A stretch of DNA of 64,000 bases. It comes from Anthoceros angustus (taxonomy: Eukaryota; Plantae; Anthocerotophyta). The notes under the pieces are model-generated. The model did not search any database and was not told the DNA's origin. It saw nothing but the letters and a program-made list of their open reading frames with translations. Location of the stretch: positions 1,062,059-1,126,058 of the forward strand of contig MU008157.1 of assembly GCA_010909165.1 (NCBI GenBank), read 5' to 3'. Numbering within the stretch: the first letter of the stretch is position 1; each line of letters begins with the position of its first letter. Both the position numbers and the translations under genes were made by a program. This document shows positions 21,488 through 34,500 of this stretch, piece by piece.

Positions 21488-24400
21488 AAAGCAGTGGGTC
21501 TTCGATATTTCAAAGTTTACATAGAGGCTAATAAATGCATCTTAAATTCCACTAGTGGAGGTCAAGGACGGCTGAATATTCAGAACCACTGCACGGCGCC
21601 CAAGCAACTTCAATGGCGGCAATGTGACCAAGGTCCTCCTCAATGCACAATTGGACATTCGGTGCAAGCATGCTTAGGTGCTCACATTAGTGACAAACCT
21701 TTGAAACGCTCTTATCTTGTTGTGGCGGGGCAATTCATAAGGCGGACATCCTAAAACCAACTATAGACACCACTTACCTTTAGCAACATATCACTAAGCT
21801 ACTTTGAGGGGTATACAAGGCAGGGGAACTACCACCGGTGAGAAAGAGTATCTCATATACCAGCTACAAGTCATGTGATAACATGATGATGAACAATTAT
21901 CGAACAATCATGGTAAACTTCATCTTCCATAAGCTATAGAGCAAGGTATGTGAGCTACAGTTATTGGAGCGATGTCTTGAGACACAAACATGCCGGGCAA
22001 GCTTCCAAAAGAAGGATATATAGCGGCAAGCCCACCTAATTGAACTCCACTCCTAATCGGGAAAAAAGGGTAACAAACGGCATGTTGCTTTATTGACCTC
22101 ACCAAAGCCTTTGACAAGGTACCACGATCTATTGAGTACTATGGCAAGCAATGAAGAACGTCGAGTCTAAGATGGTCTCATCAAGGCGGTTCATAGATTG
22201 CCTACCAACACCGTGACCGTGAGAATTCAAAGCGATTGAGGACGCACCAAGCACTTCCCAAGCAACGGGTCGAGACATGGCTGCCACTTGGCCCTCTTCC
22301 CTTGTGCATCTATATGGCGAGCTATAGAAAAGGCTGAAACAAGGCGACAAGGTGATGAAATAGAGTGTTGGGATTATGATGAGGTTTAGGTACTATCCCA
22401 TAGAGGAGGCATGTGTAAGTACTTAGAATTATTTACAAATACCCGTTCGTTAGGGTTATGTCATTAGGTGAATAGACATGAAGTTGTCTTCTCATGCATA
22501 AGCAAGTTGTTTTCTCGATGAATACAATGTAATTATTCTTTATTATTATTAATTGACCTATATAGTCCTTATAATTATAGTTCTTATAGTCATGGTATCA
22601 TAGCATACTATGTATGTTGCATCTAGGTAGATGCACATTCTTTTAATGCATTAGAAGATGTGCACAAAATGTGTTCTTTGTTGTTCCTTGATTAGAAATG
22701 AAGTCTAAATTCAATGAAACAAAGATAATCAAAAATGATGTTTGTGTTGATTTTCTCTAGAAAAATCTATAGCGGTGCAAGTCTAGGCGGCACTGGATCA
22801 TTCCTTTGGATCATTCCTTTGCCGTTTCGGTTTAGGAGAACATTCGTGCACCTATTGGGCCTCTTAGAGATGAAATTTGGCGAGGCGAGGCTGCCATCGC
22901 AGCCATATAGATTAGCCATTGCATTTGGCTTTGAGTTTGTGTTTCTAATATGCAAAAACACAGTCTATTTTCTTTCTTGTAATTCTTTATATGTAGCACA
23001 ATCAGTGATTGTCCTAGTGTATCTCCATTGGAATTGCTCAAGGATGCAATCCAACAAAATAGTACACTAAGTTCCTACCTAGATTTACTGCCATAGATTT
23101 TCTAGAGAAAAATCAACACAAACATCATTTTTGATTATCTTTGTTTCATTGAATTTAGACTTCATTTCTAATCAAGGAACAACAAAGAACACATTTTGTG
23201 CACATCTTCTAATGCACAAAGAATGTGCATCTACCTAGATGCAACATACATAGTATGCTATGATACCATGACTATAAGAACTATAATTATAAGGACTATA
23301 TGGGTCAATTAATAATAAATAAAGAATAATTACATTGTATTCATCGAGAAAAACAACTTGCTTATGCATGAGAAGACAACTTCATGTCTATTCACCTAAT
23401 GACATAACCCTAACGAACGGGTATTTGTAAATAATTCTAAGTACTTACATGCCTCCTCTATGGGATAGTACCCTAAACCCTCATCATAATCCCAACACTC
23501 TATTTCATCACCTTGTCGCCTTGTTTCAGCCTTTTCTATAGCTCGCCATATAGATGCACAAGGGAAGAGGGCCAAGTGGGCAGCCATGTCTCGCCGGCGT
23601 TGCTTGGGAAGTGCTTGGTGCGTCCTCAATCGCTTTGAATTCTCACGTGTTGGTAGGCAATCTATGAACCGCCTTGATGAGACCATCTTAGACTCACGTT
23701 CTTCATTGCTTGCCATAGTACTCAATAGATCGTGGTACCTTGTCAAAGGCTTTGGCGAGGTCAATAAAGCAACATAATGTCTTCGTTTGTTACCCTTTTT
23801 TCCCGATTAGGAGTGGAGTTCAATTAGGTGGGCTTGCCCGCTATATATCCTTCTTTGGAAGCTTGCAGCATGTTTTGTGTCTCAAGACATCGTCTCCAAT
23901 AATCAGAGCTCACATACCTTGCTCTATAGCTTATGGAAGATGAAGTTTACCATGATTGTTCGATAATTGTTCATCATCATGTTATCACATGACTTGTAGT
24001 CGGTATATGAGATACTCTTTCTCGCCCGGTGGTAGTTCCCTGTCTTGTATACCCCCTCAAAGTAGCTTAGTGATATGTTGCTAAAGGTAAGTGGTGTCTA
24101 TAGTTGGTTTTAGGATGTCGCCTTATGAATTGCCCCGCCACAACAAGATAAGAGCGTTTCAAAGGTTTGTCACTAATGTGAGCACCTAAGCATGCTTGCA
24201 CCGAATGTCCAATTGTGCATTGAGGAGGACCTTGGTCACATTGCCGCCATTGAAGTTGCTTCGCCCGTGGTGCTGGTTCTGAATATTCAGCCGTCCTTGT
24301 GTACCTTGACCTCCACTAGTGGAATTTAAGATGCATTTATTAGCCTCTAATGTAAACTTTGAATATCGATGAAGACCCACTCGTTTCTATTGTCTTTCAC

Positions 24401-24524
24401 AATTGTTTTTAATATACTTCGCGTTCTTTAAAAGTTTTGAATATAGAATTTTTACTAAGATTTGTTCTAACCATTGGTTTACATAAGGTCTTCAAATATA
24501 AAGATGTTTTAGAAATTATTTTTC
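21350..24524. repeat. Large inverted repeat (fold-back): arms ~21350-22770 and ~23092-24524, spacer ~320 bp
   Basis: Example: tttgtgttgattttctctagaaaaatctat (22741) is the reverse complement of catagattttctagagaaaaatcaacacaaac (23091). Confidence 0.9.
21494..22500 (+). pseudogene. Decayed non-LTR (RTEX/RTE-like) reverse transcriptase
   Basis: YKSCDNMMMNNYRTIMV (21865-21915), CCFIDLTKAFDKVPR (22083-22127), RHGC.L (22273) and a YDE remnant at the YADD position. The frame is continuous in the 60545-60835 copy. Confidence 0.72.
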
Positions 24525-25559
24525 TTTCTATAGCTCGCCATATAGATGCACAAGGAAGAGGGCCAAGTGGGCAGCCATGTCTCGCCGTTGCTTGGGAAGT
24601 GCTTGGTGCGTCCTCAATCTTTGAATTCTCACGGTCACGTGTTGGTAGGCAATCTATGAACCGCCTTGATGAGACCATCTTAGACTGAGCGTTCTTCATT
24701 GCTTGCCATAGTACTCAATAGATCAATTACCTTGTCAAAGGCTTTGGCGAGGTCAATAAAGCAACATATGATCTTTTTGTTACCTTTTTTCCCGATTAGG
24801 AGTGGAGTTCAATTAGGTGGGCTTGCCGCTATATATATCCTTCTTTGGAAGCTTGCAGCATGTTTTGTGTCTCAAGACATCGTCTCAGAGCTCACATACC
24901 TTGCTCTATAGCTTATGGAAGATGAAGTTTACCATGATTGTTCGATAATTGTTCATCATCATGTTATCACATGACTTGTAGCTGGTATATGAGATACTCT
25001 TTCTCGGTGGTGGTAGTTCCCCTTGTATACCCCTCAAAGTAGCTTAGTGATATGTTGCTAAAGGTAAGTGGTGTCTATAGTTGGTTTTAGGATGTCTTTT
25101 ATGAATTGCCACAACAAGATAAGAGCGTTTCAAAGGTTTGTCACTAATGTGAGCACCTAAGCATGCTTGCACCGAATGTCCAATTGTGCATTGAGGAGGA
25201 CCTTGGTCACATTGCCGCCATTGAAGTTGCTTGGGCGCCCGTGCCGCCAGCTGGTCTGAATATTCAGCCGTCCTTGTGTACCTTGACCTCCACTAGTGGA
25301 ATTTAAGATGCATTTATTAGCCTCTAATGTAAACTTTGAATATCGATGAAGACCCACTCGTTTCTATTGTCTTTCACAATTGTTTTTAATATACTTGCTT
25401 CTTTAAAAGTTTTGAATATAGAATTTTTACTAAGATTTGTTCTAACCATTGGTTTACATAAGGTCTTCAAATATAAAGATGTTTTAGAAATTATTTTTCT
25501 TTTCTATAGCTCGCCATATAGATGCACAAGGAAGAGGACCAAGTGGGCAGCCATGTCTC

Positions 25560-28500
25560 GCCGCAGTGAAAACCGGGCTTGAGATCCTCCCACTATAGCG
25601 GCCACACTTATCCCACCGCCGCCGTGACGTTGGGTTTCGTCCCATGAGACTTGTGTGAAAGTTCGAGGCCTTGATGACCGATCCACACCGCGATTTCGTC
25701 CCTACTTCTAAGTTCCACGTCGCTCCACTTCTAAGTTCCACGTCGCTCCACTTCTAAGTTCCACGTCGCTCCACTTCTAAGACCACTCTTCTCCACTCGG
25801 GGCGCTCTTTTACTTGCATGCATGATTTCGTACTCATAGATAGAGGCTTATTTCATCTATAAGTAACCACTTTAAATGATTAGTTTGCTTGGAATTTAAG
25901 CAAAGCCAATGAAATCATGTAGCTAGAAAGACATATATAGCGATGTTGTTCATGACCGAAACTTTGAAAAATATTATATATATTTATACAATAACATATA
26001 TTATTAATATATTTTTGAAGTTCCAAGGTCTAAAGTCTAAGGTTTTAGAAAAAGCCTTGCAATTAAGGTGGCATGTTACTTACCTACATGGGTGACCCCT
26101 ACGCTCACATTTGGCACCTACTCTCCTCACCACAAGGTGGTTTCGACCCGTTCTTTTCCCTAAGTATCCTCCTTGCCTTCCTAACAACATCCTACAACTC
26201 AAGTTCCAAAAGAACCAAAAACGTTCGCATGCTTCGACCACTGATCCTCGACCTACAACGACACAACACAATTGCGGTCACCTTTTCCAATTTTCTATTG
26301 ACATGATAGAGAGCCTATCACGGGCGCCTGTGGACCCCCGATCCACACCGCGATTTCGTCCCTACTTAAGACCACTCTTCTCCACTCGGGGCGCTCTTTT
26401 ACTTGCAGTTGGGATTCGTCCCTTAGGCTCGTGGCCTTCCACTAACACCTACACCTCTAATCCTCTACTCATCTTCTCATCTTCTCATCCTCTTCCTCCT
26501 ATTCTAACCTCGGTTCGGGCTTCTTGGTTTCGCCGCCTTACACACAACCGCCTGGGTCCGCCTCCACCGGCAAGTTCTTCCTTGGGCGGTTGCTATGAGT
26601 TTGACACTGTGACAATGAGAACCTCCGAGTCTTTCCTGTAGTCTACCCTCAAGCCGAGAGTTCTGGCATTTGCCACACACCCAAAGCAAAGCAATTTCAC
26701 AAAGAACCATTCACAAGGGAGCAACTCGTTTAGGCACTTGCGAGCAAGTCCTCCACCAAGCACTCCGACCACCGCGACTTCCTCTCTACCAGACGCTGGC
26801 TCACGGTAACGAAATTCCTCTGTAATGGCAAAGGACTCGATGGCGTGGGCGCAAGACATGATACTTTACTTTGTGAAATCCTCCTCCTCTTATAGGAGGC
26901 CTTCCACATACAACCTCCCTTAGGTGACCTACCGCAGTCACCTTTTCCAATTTTCTATTATTTCCTACCGCCAAAGATTTAATGTCCGCACCTAAGTCTA
27001 TTGTCCGATCCTTGGTAAATTCTATTCTAGTAACTTCACCTAAGACCATCCTTGAAGGATGTCGTCTACACCTATCCTTCTATTCTTCTAAAGCTCATTT
27101 ATGGTCATTGACCATTCTTAGTCTTATCATGGGTGGTGACGGTCCCTTGTGGATTGGCTCCCTCGCCCTCCTTTTGCTCTGCCCCGGATCTTGTCGCCTT
27201 CCTAATGTGTGGGGCAAGTACAATCTGCCCCTTCCTCCATCTTCTCATCCTCTTCCTCCTCCTCCTCCTCCTCCTCCTCCTCCTCCTCCTCCTCCTCCTC
27301 CTCTTATAGGAGGCCTTCCACATACAACCTCCCTTAGGTGACCTACCGGTAGTCTGGCGGACTACGGGTGGTGACCTACCATGGTAGTCGGTCCCTATCT
27401 CCTTCTTCTCCTTCCTCTCCATCGGTGATGTCTGGTGAGTTCCTTTTGCTCTTGCTTCTTTGTTTGGTTTGTCCATACCTATCAGAGCATGTCTTCAAAA
27501 GAATCTTCCCCATTATTTGACCATGTTGCTACTAACTCCTTCCTTCTTGGTCTCCTCTCGGGCCTGGCTCCTCCCTTATCGTGGGCGGGAACTTCTCACC
27601 CTCCCCTTCCTCGTGGTGGACCCGTCCTTAGTCTCCTCCGGTGGGGTTGTCTCTCCCACCACCCCAGCTGCTCCTCAGGACCCCGGCTCCTTCATCCTCG
27701 GCCGGGCCTCGCGGCGACTCCCCAGCTCCTCCTTGCCTTCCTAACAACATCCTACAACTCAAGTTCCAAGGTCTAAAGTCTAAGGTTTTAGAAAAGCCTT
27801 GCAATTAAGGTGGCATGTTACTTACCTACCACGGTAGTCTGGCGGACTACCGTGGTAGTGGTCACCCGTGGTAGGTTGACCCCGGAGGTGGGCTTTCCCC
27901 TCCTTGCCCTTCCTCCTTGCCTTCCTAATGTGTGGGGCAAGTACAATCTGCCCCTTCCTCCATCTCCATGGCCTGGATTCCTCTTCCTCCTCCTCCTCCT
28001 CCTCCTCCTCCTCCTCCTCCTCCTCCTCCTCCTCCTCTTATAGGAGGCCTTCCACATACAACCTCCCTTAGGTGACCTACCATGGTAGTCCGCCCTATCT
28101 CCTTCTTCTCCTTCCTCTCCATCGGTGATGTCTGGGTGAGTTCCTTTTGCTCTTCTTTGGTTTGTCCATACCTATCAGAGCATGTCTTCAAAAGAATCTT
28201 CCCCATTGTGACCATGTTGCTACTAACTCCTTGTTGGTCTCCTCTCTCAGCTCCTCCCTTATCAGGTGGGGAACTTCTCACCCTCCCCTTCCTCGTGGTG
28301 GACCCGTCCTTAGTCTCCTCGGTGGGGTTGTCTCTCCCACCACCCCAGCTCCTCCGGGGTATACTCGGACCCCGGCTCCTTCATCATCATGAGGACCCAA
28401 TGTCCTCCTCTTATAGGAGGCCTTCCACATACAACCTCCCTTGGGTGACCCCTACCGCGGTAGTCAGCGGACTACGGGTGGTGACCTACCATGGTAGTCG

Positions 28501-31500
28501 GTCCCTATCTCCTTCTTCTCCTTCCTCTCCATCGGTGATGTCTGGGTGAGTTCCTTTGCTCCTTCCTTTGTTTGGTTTGTCCATACCTATCAGAGCATGT
28601 CTTCAAAAGAATCTTCCCCATTGTGACCATGTTGCTACTAACTCCTTGCTCTAATTGGGCAAAATGCTCCTCCTTGCTCTAATTGGGCAAAATGCTCCTC
28701 CCTTATCAGGTGGGGAACTTCTCACCCTCCCCTTCCTCGTGGTGGACCCGTCCTTAGTCTCCTCGGTGGGGTTGTCTCTCCCACCACCCCAGCTCCTCCG
28801 GGGTATACTCGGACCCCGGCTCCTTCATCCTCGGCCGGGCCTCGCGGCGATCTCCGCCCGGGCTGCCCTACCGGTAGTCTGGCGGACTACCGTGGTGGTG
28901 TCTACCACGGTAGTCAGCGGACTACCGTGGTAGGTGGTCACCCGTGGTAGGTTGACCCCGGAGGTGGGCTTTCCCCTCCTTGCTTGCTCTGCGCCACCTT
29001 CTACCTTTGGCGCTCGGCGCTCCCTCTCGACTCCTCAGTTCCTCGGAGTCCATTTGATGGCCTCATCAAAATCGGAGGCCTCTTTTATTGCGGCTCCTTC
29101 ATCATCATCATGAGGACCCAATGTCCTCCTCTTGGCCAAACGCAAGATCTCATTGTTGGCCTTCAAAATCTATTGTGGAGGTGAGCCCCAAGCTATGATA
29201 TTGCATTTGGAGATCATCAATCTCCGTGGGCCACTCTCCATCTTCACACCTACCTTTGTAGGCGTCCCTTGAGGTGGTCAATTCCCCACCTTGACATGGA
29301 GGTCACATTCTCCTCCTTGCTTCCTTATTTGGCTGGCCAATTTTGCACGAAGGGCATAATCGCCCAAAACCTTCGCTTCCTTACTACCGGCATTCATGCA
29401 CCACCTTCTTGTGGTACTCCTCCTCCTCAGTTCCTCGGAGTCCATTTGTTACGAGTCCTCAAAAATCTATTGTTGAGCAAGCCCCTTCCTCTCCTTGCCT
29501 TCCTAATGTGTGGGGCAAGTACAATCTGCCCCTTCCTCCATCTCCATGGCCTGGATTCCTCTTCCCCTTCCTCCTCCTCCTCCTCCTCCTCCTCCTCCTC
29601 CTCCTCCTCCTCCTCTTATAGGAGGCCTTCCACATACAACCTCCCTTAGGTGACCTACCATGGTAGTCCGCCCTATCTCCTTCTTCTCCTTCCTTCCTCT
29701 CCATCGGTGATGTCTGGGTGAGTTCCTTTGCTCTTCTTTTGGTTTGTCCATACCTATCAGAGCATGTCTTCAAAAGAATCTTCCCCATTCACCCAATGTT
29801 GCTACTAACTCTCGGGCCTTTTGCTCCTTCCTCCTCCTCTTATAGGAGGCCTTCCACATACAACCTCCCTTATCGTGGGCGGGAACTTCTCACCCTCCCC
29901 TTCCTCGTGGACCCGTCCTTAGTCTCCTCCGGTGGGGTTGTCTCTCCCACCACCCCAGCCTCCTCCGGGGTATACTACCGGACCCCGGCTCCTTCATCAT
30001 CATCATCATCATGAGGACCCAATGTCCTCCTCCTCCTCCTCCTCCTCCTCCTCCTCCTCCTCCTCCTCCTCGGTGGGGTTGTCTCTCCCACCACGTAGTC
30101 CGGACTACCGTGGTAGGTGGTCACCCGTGGTAGGTTGACCCCGGAGGTGGGCTTTCCCCTCCTTGCTCTGCGCCACCTTCTTTCCAATTGCCATTTGGTC
30201 CATGGATGGCAACCAAGACCTTCTCCTCCTCCTCCTCCTCAGTTCCTCGGAGTCCATTTGATGGCCTCATCAAAATCGGAGGCCTCCGGGCTGCACTGCA
30301 GCTCCTTCATCATCATCATGAGGACCCAATGTCCTCCTCTTGGCCAAACGCAAGATCTCATTGTTGGCCTTCAAAATTCTATTGTGGAGGTGAGCCCCCA
30401 AGCTATGATATTGCATTTGGAGATCATCAATTTCCGTGGGCCACTCTCCATCTTCGCACCTACCTTTGTAGGCGTCCCTTGAGTTGGTCAATTCCCCCAC
30501 CTTGACATGGAGGGTCACATTCTCCTCCCTTGCTTCCTTCAGCTGGCTGGCCAATTTTGCCTGAAGGGCATAATCTGCCCAAAACCTTCGCTTCCTTACT
30601 ACCAGCATTTTTTGTGGTACTCCTCCTCCTGGGACCTTTTTCCTTCCAAGTCCCCTAGTCGTTGAGCAAGCCCTTCCCTCTCCGCTTGCCAAGCACCTTT
30701 CTCGCCTCCTGACTGGTTTTGAATTTCCAGCTCGGCGCTTCTCTTCCAAACTAAACCGGCTCTTCTCAACTCTTCCTTCATGTCCGGATCCGGATGGCTT
30801 GTAGCCATCACTTGCCCATTGCTGGACCGCTACCTTCTCCTTCCGAGAGCCTCTGTTTTGCCCTTTCGCTCTTGCTCTAATTGGGCAAAATGCTCCTCAT
30901 ATACATCTCCATGAGTCCGTTGGGTGGTTGCTCGGAATGGCTCTTTCTTGGTTTGACAACCTTCCCTCAGGACCTTCTCCTTCCCTTGCCTTCCTCATCC
31001 ACGAATTTGGCTTGAGGAGCTTCTCCTGACCTTTCGGCTTGGCTGCCTTTTCGTCGGACTCCATGGCCTCCAATTGCCATTTGGTCCTGCCTTCCTCCGG
31101 CCATGTCTTGGGCTTTCACTTCCTCTTGGCATGCCCACAAGGAGGCTGCTAGCCCCTTCAAATCCACACGGTGAGTGCTTCACAAGCACCCAATTCTCCT
31201 AGGGGTCCTAATTCCACCCCTCTTCTTCTTGCTGGAAATTTCCAGCTCTCCTCCTCCTCTTGCTTTGCATCGACCATACGAATATCCTTCTTTGGTTTTG
31301 GACCCCTTTCACGTCGCTCCATCCGCTCTCCCACCCAGCGGAGATGGTGGCCTCGGCGCCGCTTCGCTCTCGCGTTCTTCTCCTTCCGAGAGCCTCTGTT
31401 TTGCCCTTTCGCTCTTGCTCTAATTGGGCAAAATGCTCCTCCGCCTTCTTCCTTTCTCCATGAGTCCGTTGGGTGGTTGCTCGGATGGCTCTTTCTTGGT

Positions 31501-34500
31501 TTGACAACCTCCCTCCAAGACCTTCTCCTTCCCTTGCCTTCCTCATCCACGAATTTGGCTTGAGGAGCTTCTCCTGACCTTTCGGCTTGGCTGCCTTTTC
31601 ATCGGACTCCATGGCCTCCAATTGCCATTTGGTCCTGCCTTCCTCCGGCCATGTCTTGGGCTTTCACTTCCTCTTGGCATGCCCACAAGGAGGCTGCTAG
31701 CTCTAGCCCCTTCAAATCCACACGGTGAGTGCTTCACAAGCACCCAATTCTCCTAGGGGTCCTAATTCCACCCCTCTCTTCTTCTTGCTGGAAATTTCCA
31801 GCTCTCCTCCTCCTTGCCTTCCTCGGCGGGTCCCTCACTGCCGCTCCATCCGCTCTCCCACCCGGCGGAGATGGTGGCCTCGGCGCTTCTCTTCCAGCCA
31901 TTCTTGGCGTTCTTCTCCTTCCCTTGCCTTCCTCCTCCTCGGTCTTCCAGCCATTCTTGGCGTGGGGTGCCTCTCTCGTAGGCACAAAGGAGATGGTGGG
32001 GACTCCCCACCTTGAGGTGGTCAATTCCCCACCTTGACATGGAGGTCACATTGCCATTTGGTCCTGCCTTCCAGCCATTCTTGGCGTGGGGTGCCTCTCT
32101 CGTAGGCACAAAGGAGATGGTGGGGACTCCCCCACTCTTGTCACCCCTCCTGTGGTCCTTCTCTCATAGACCACCATTCGGCCTTCCTCCGGCCATGTCT
32201 CGCGTTCTTCTCCTTCCCTTGCTTGCTCTGTGGAAAGATTCCCACTCCGGCAACCTTGTTGCCTCCTCTCCTCTTGCCTCTAGCATGCTTGTGGAGTCGA
32301 CCTCCCGTCTTCCTCAATGCAAAGGCAAAGGCCTTTCCAACGGCGGAGATGGATGACCTCAAAGGGATGCCATGCATCTTCAAGCTCCTTGCTTGTGAAG
32401 TCCCTCGGTTTCCCATAAATGCACCAAATAGGTGCTGAGGTAGCAGGCCTTGGCCTTCCTCATCCACGAATTTGGCTTGAGGAGCTTCTCGATGGTGGAT
32501 GTAGGCCTTCATACATGATGGTTCCCCAATCGGCTTGGCTCCCATGGAAATCTTCCACAAAAATTGGAGGAAGTTGGTCTTTGAAATAAGAAGTGCGTTG
32601 GTAATTTACCAACCCCAGCACAATCTTTGCGAAGAGCCTCCACTTGACTCCTTGATGCTCTCGGTCTTCCAGCCATTCTTGGCGTGGGCCTTCACTCCTC
32701 CATCCATCATGTCGAGGAACTCTGCGGGATATCGGAGAGGTCCTCTTCCCTCCATTTGACCTTTCGAGGAGAGCAATTCGAGCTCTCCTCCTCCTCCTCC
32801 ATACACACTGAATGCTTACGGTCCAGCGGATCCGTTCGAGCATTCCTCCGGCAGCGGCTGGATTGATGGAGGTTGATGTAACACTCCTCAATCAATTCCA
32901 AATTGGTGTAGGCCCATTGGCGGCCATACACCCATCAATTGGATGTTCTCCTCCTCGCCTTGCGAAAATCAACCAAATCTCGGGGTTGCTGCCCGGCAAA
33001 GCAAGTGAATTGGGCATCACAAGTTCACCTCCTCCTCCTCCTCCTCCTCCTCCTCGCCTTCTTCCTTTCTCCTCTCGAGGAAGAGCCCTTGCGGCTCCTT
33101 CCCTTGCCTTTTTCCTCGAGGCATGGTGCGTCTTCAAGCTTCAAGGAAGGAAATTCCCCAATTGGATGTTCTCCTCCTCTTCTTCTTCCTTCCTCCGGCC
33201 ATTCTTGGCGTGGGGTGCCTCTCTCGTAGGCACAAAGGAGATGGTGGGGACTCCCCACCTTGGGGTGCCTCTCTCGTAGGCACAAAGGAGATGGTGGCCT
33301 CGGCGCTTCTCTTCCAGCCATTCTTGGCGTGGGGTGCCTCTCTCGTAGGCACAAAGGAGATGGTGGGGACTCCCCACCTTGACATGGAGGGTCACATTCT
33401 CCTCCTCTTGGCATCTTTCTCTATGGTCCTTCTCTCATAGACCACCATTCGGCCTTCCTCCGGCCATGTCTCGCGTTCTTCTCCCTTGCTTGCTCACAGC
33501 GGGAAAGATTCCCACTCCGGCAACCTTGTTGCCTCCTCTCCTCCTCTTGCCTCTAGCATGCTTGTGGAGTCGACCTCCCGTCTTCCTCAATGCAAAGGCA
33601 AAGGCCTTTCCAACCTCTGGAGATGGATGACCTCAAAGGATGCCATGCATCTTCAAGCTCCTTGCTTGTGAGAAGTCCCTCGGTTTCCCATAAATGCACC
33701 AAATAGGTGCTGAGGTAGCAGGCCTTGGCCTTCCTCATCCACGAATTTGGCTTGAGGAGCTTCTCGATGGTGGATGTAGGCCTTCATACATGATGGTTCC
33801 CCAATCCGGCTTGGCTCCCATGGAAATCTTCCACAAAAATTGGAGGAAGTTGGTGCTGAAATAAGAAGTTCGTTGGTAATTCACCAACCCCAGCACAATC
33901 TTTGCGAAGAGCCTCCACTTCAGCTCCTTGATGCTCTCTGTTTTCCAGCCATTCTTGGCGTGGGCCTTCACTCCTCCATCCATCATGTCAAGGAATTCTT
34001 GCGGAATATCGGAGAGGGCTGTCCTCTTCCCTCCATTCGACCTTTCGAGGAGAGCAATTCCAGAGCTCTCCTCCTCCGGTCTTCCATACACCTGTCGAAT
34101 GCTTCTTTCCAATTGCCATTTGGTCCATGGATGGCAACCAAGACCTTCTCCTCTTGGCATGCCCACAAGGCTGCCCGATTGATGGAGGTTGATGTAACAC
34201 TCCTCAATCAATTCCAAATTGGTGTAGGCCCATTGGCGGCCATACACCCATCAATTGGATGTTCTCCTCCTCGCCTTGCGAAAATCAACCAAATCTCGGG
34301 GTTGAGCTGCCAAGCAAGTGAATTGGGCATCACAAGTTCACCTCCTCCTCCTCCTCCGCCTTCTTCCTTTCTCCTCTCGAGGAAGAGCCCTTGCGCGGCT
34401 CCTTCCCTTGCCTCTAGCATGCTTGTGGAGGTCGACCTCCCACCGCCTTCCTCAATGCAAAGGCAAAGGCCTTTCCAACCTCGGCGGAGATGGATGACCT

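Noticed and set aside
23396-23764. Recurrent 122-aa ORF (..CWDYDEGLGYYPIEEAC..) as a novel small protein
   Set aside because: It overlaps the decayed RT and mixes RT-frame and off-frame segments; it recurs only because the unit is repeated.
27105-30190. Poly-Arg, poly-Pro, poly-Gly and poly-Ser ORFs
   Set aside because: Translations of (CCT)n runs in the mosaic region, not genes.
34012-34040. gagggctgtcctctt (EGCPLP) as the missing continuation of the LINE after the gaggg TSD
   Set aside because: It lies antisense within the element B accessory ORF, recurs with that module, and no LINE RT motifs follow.
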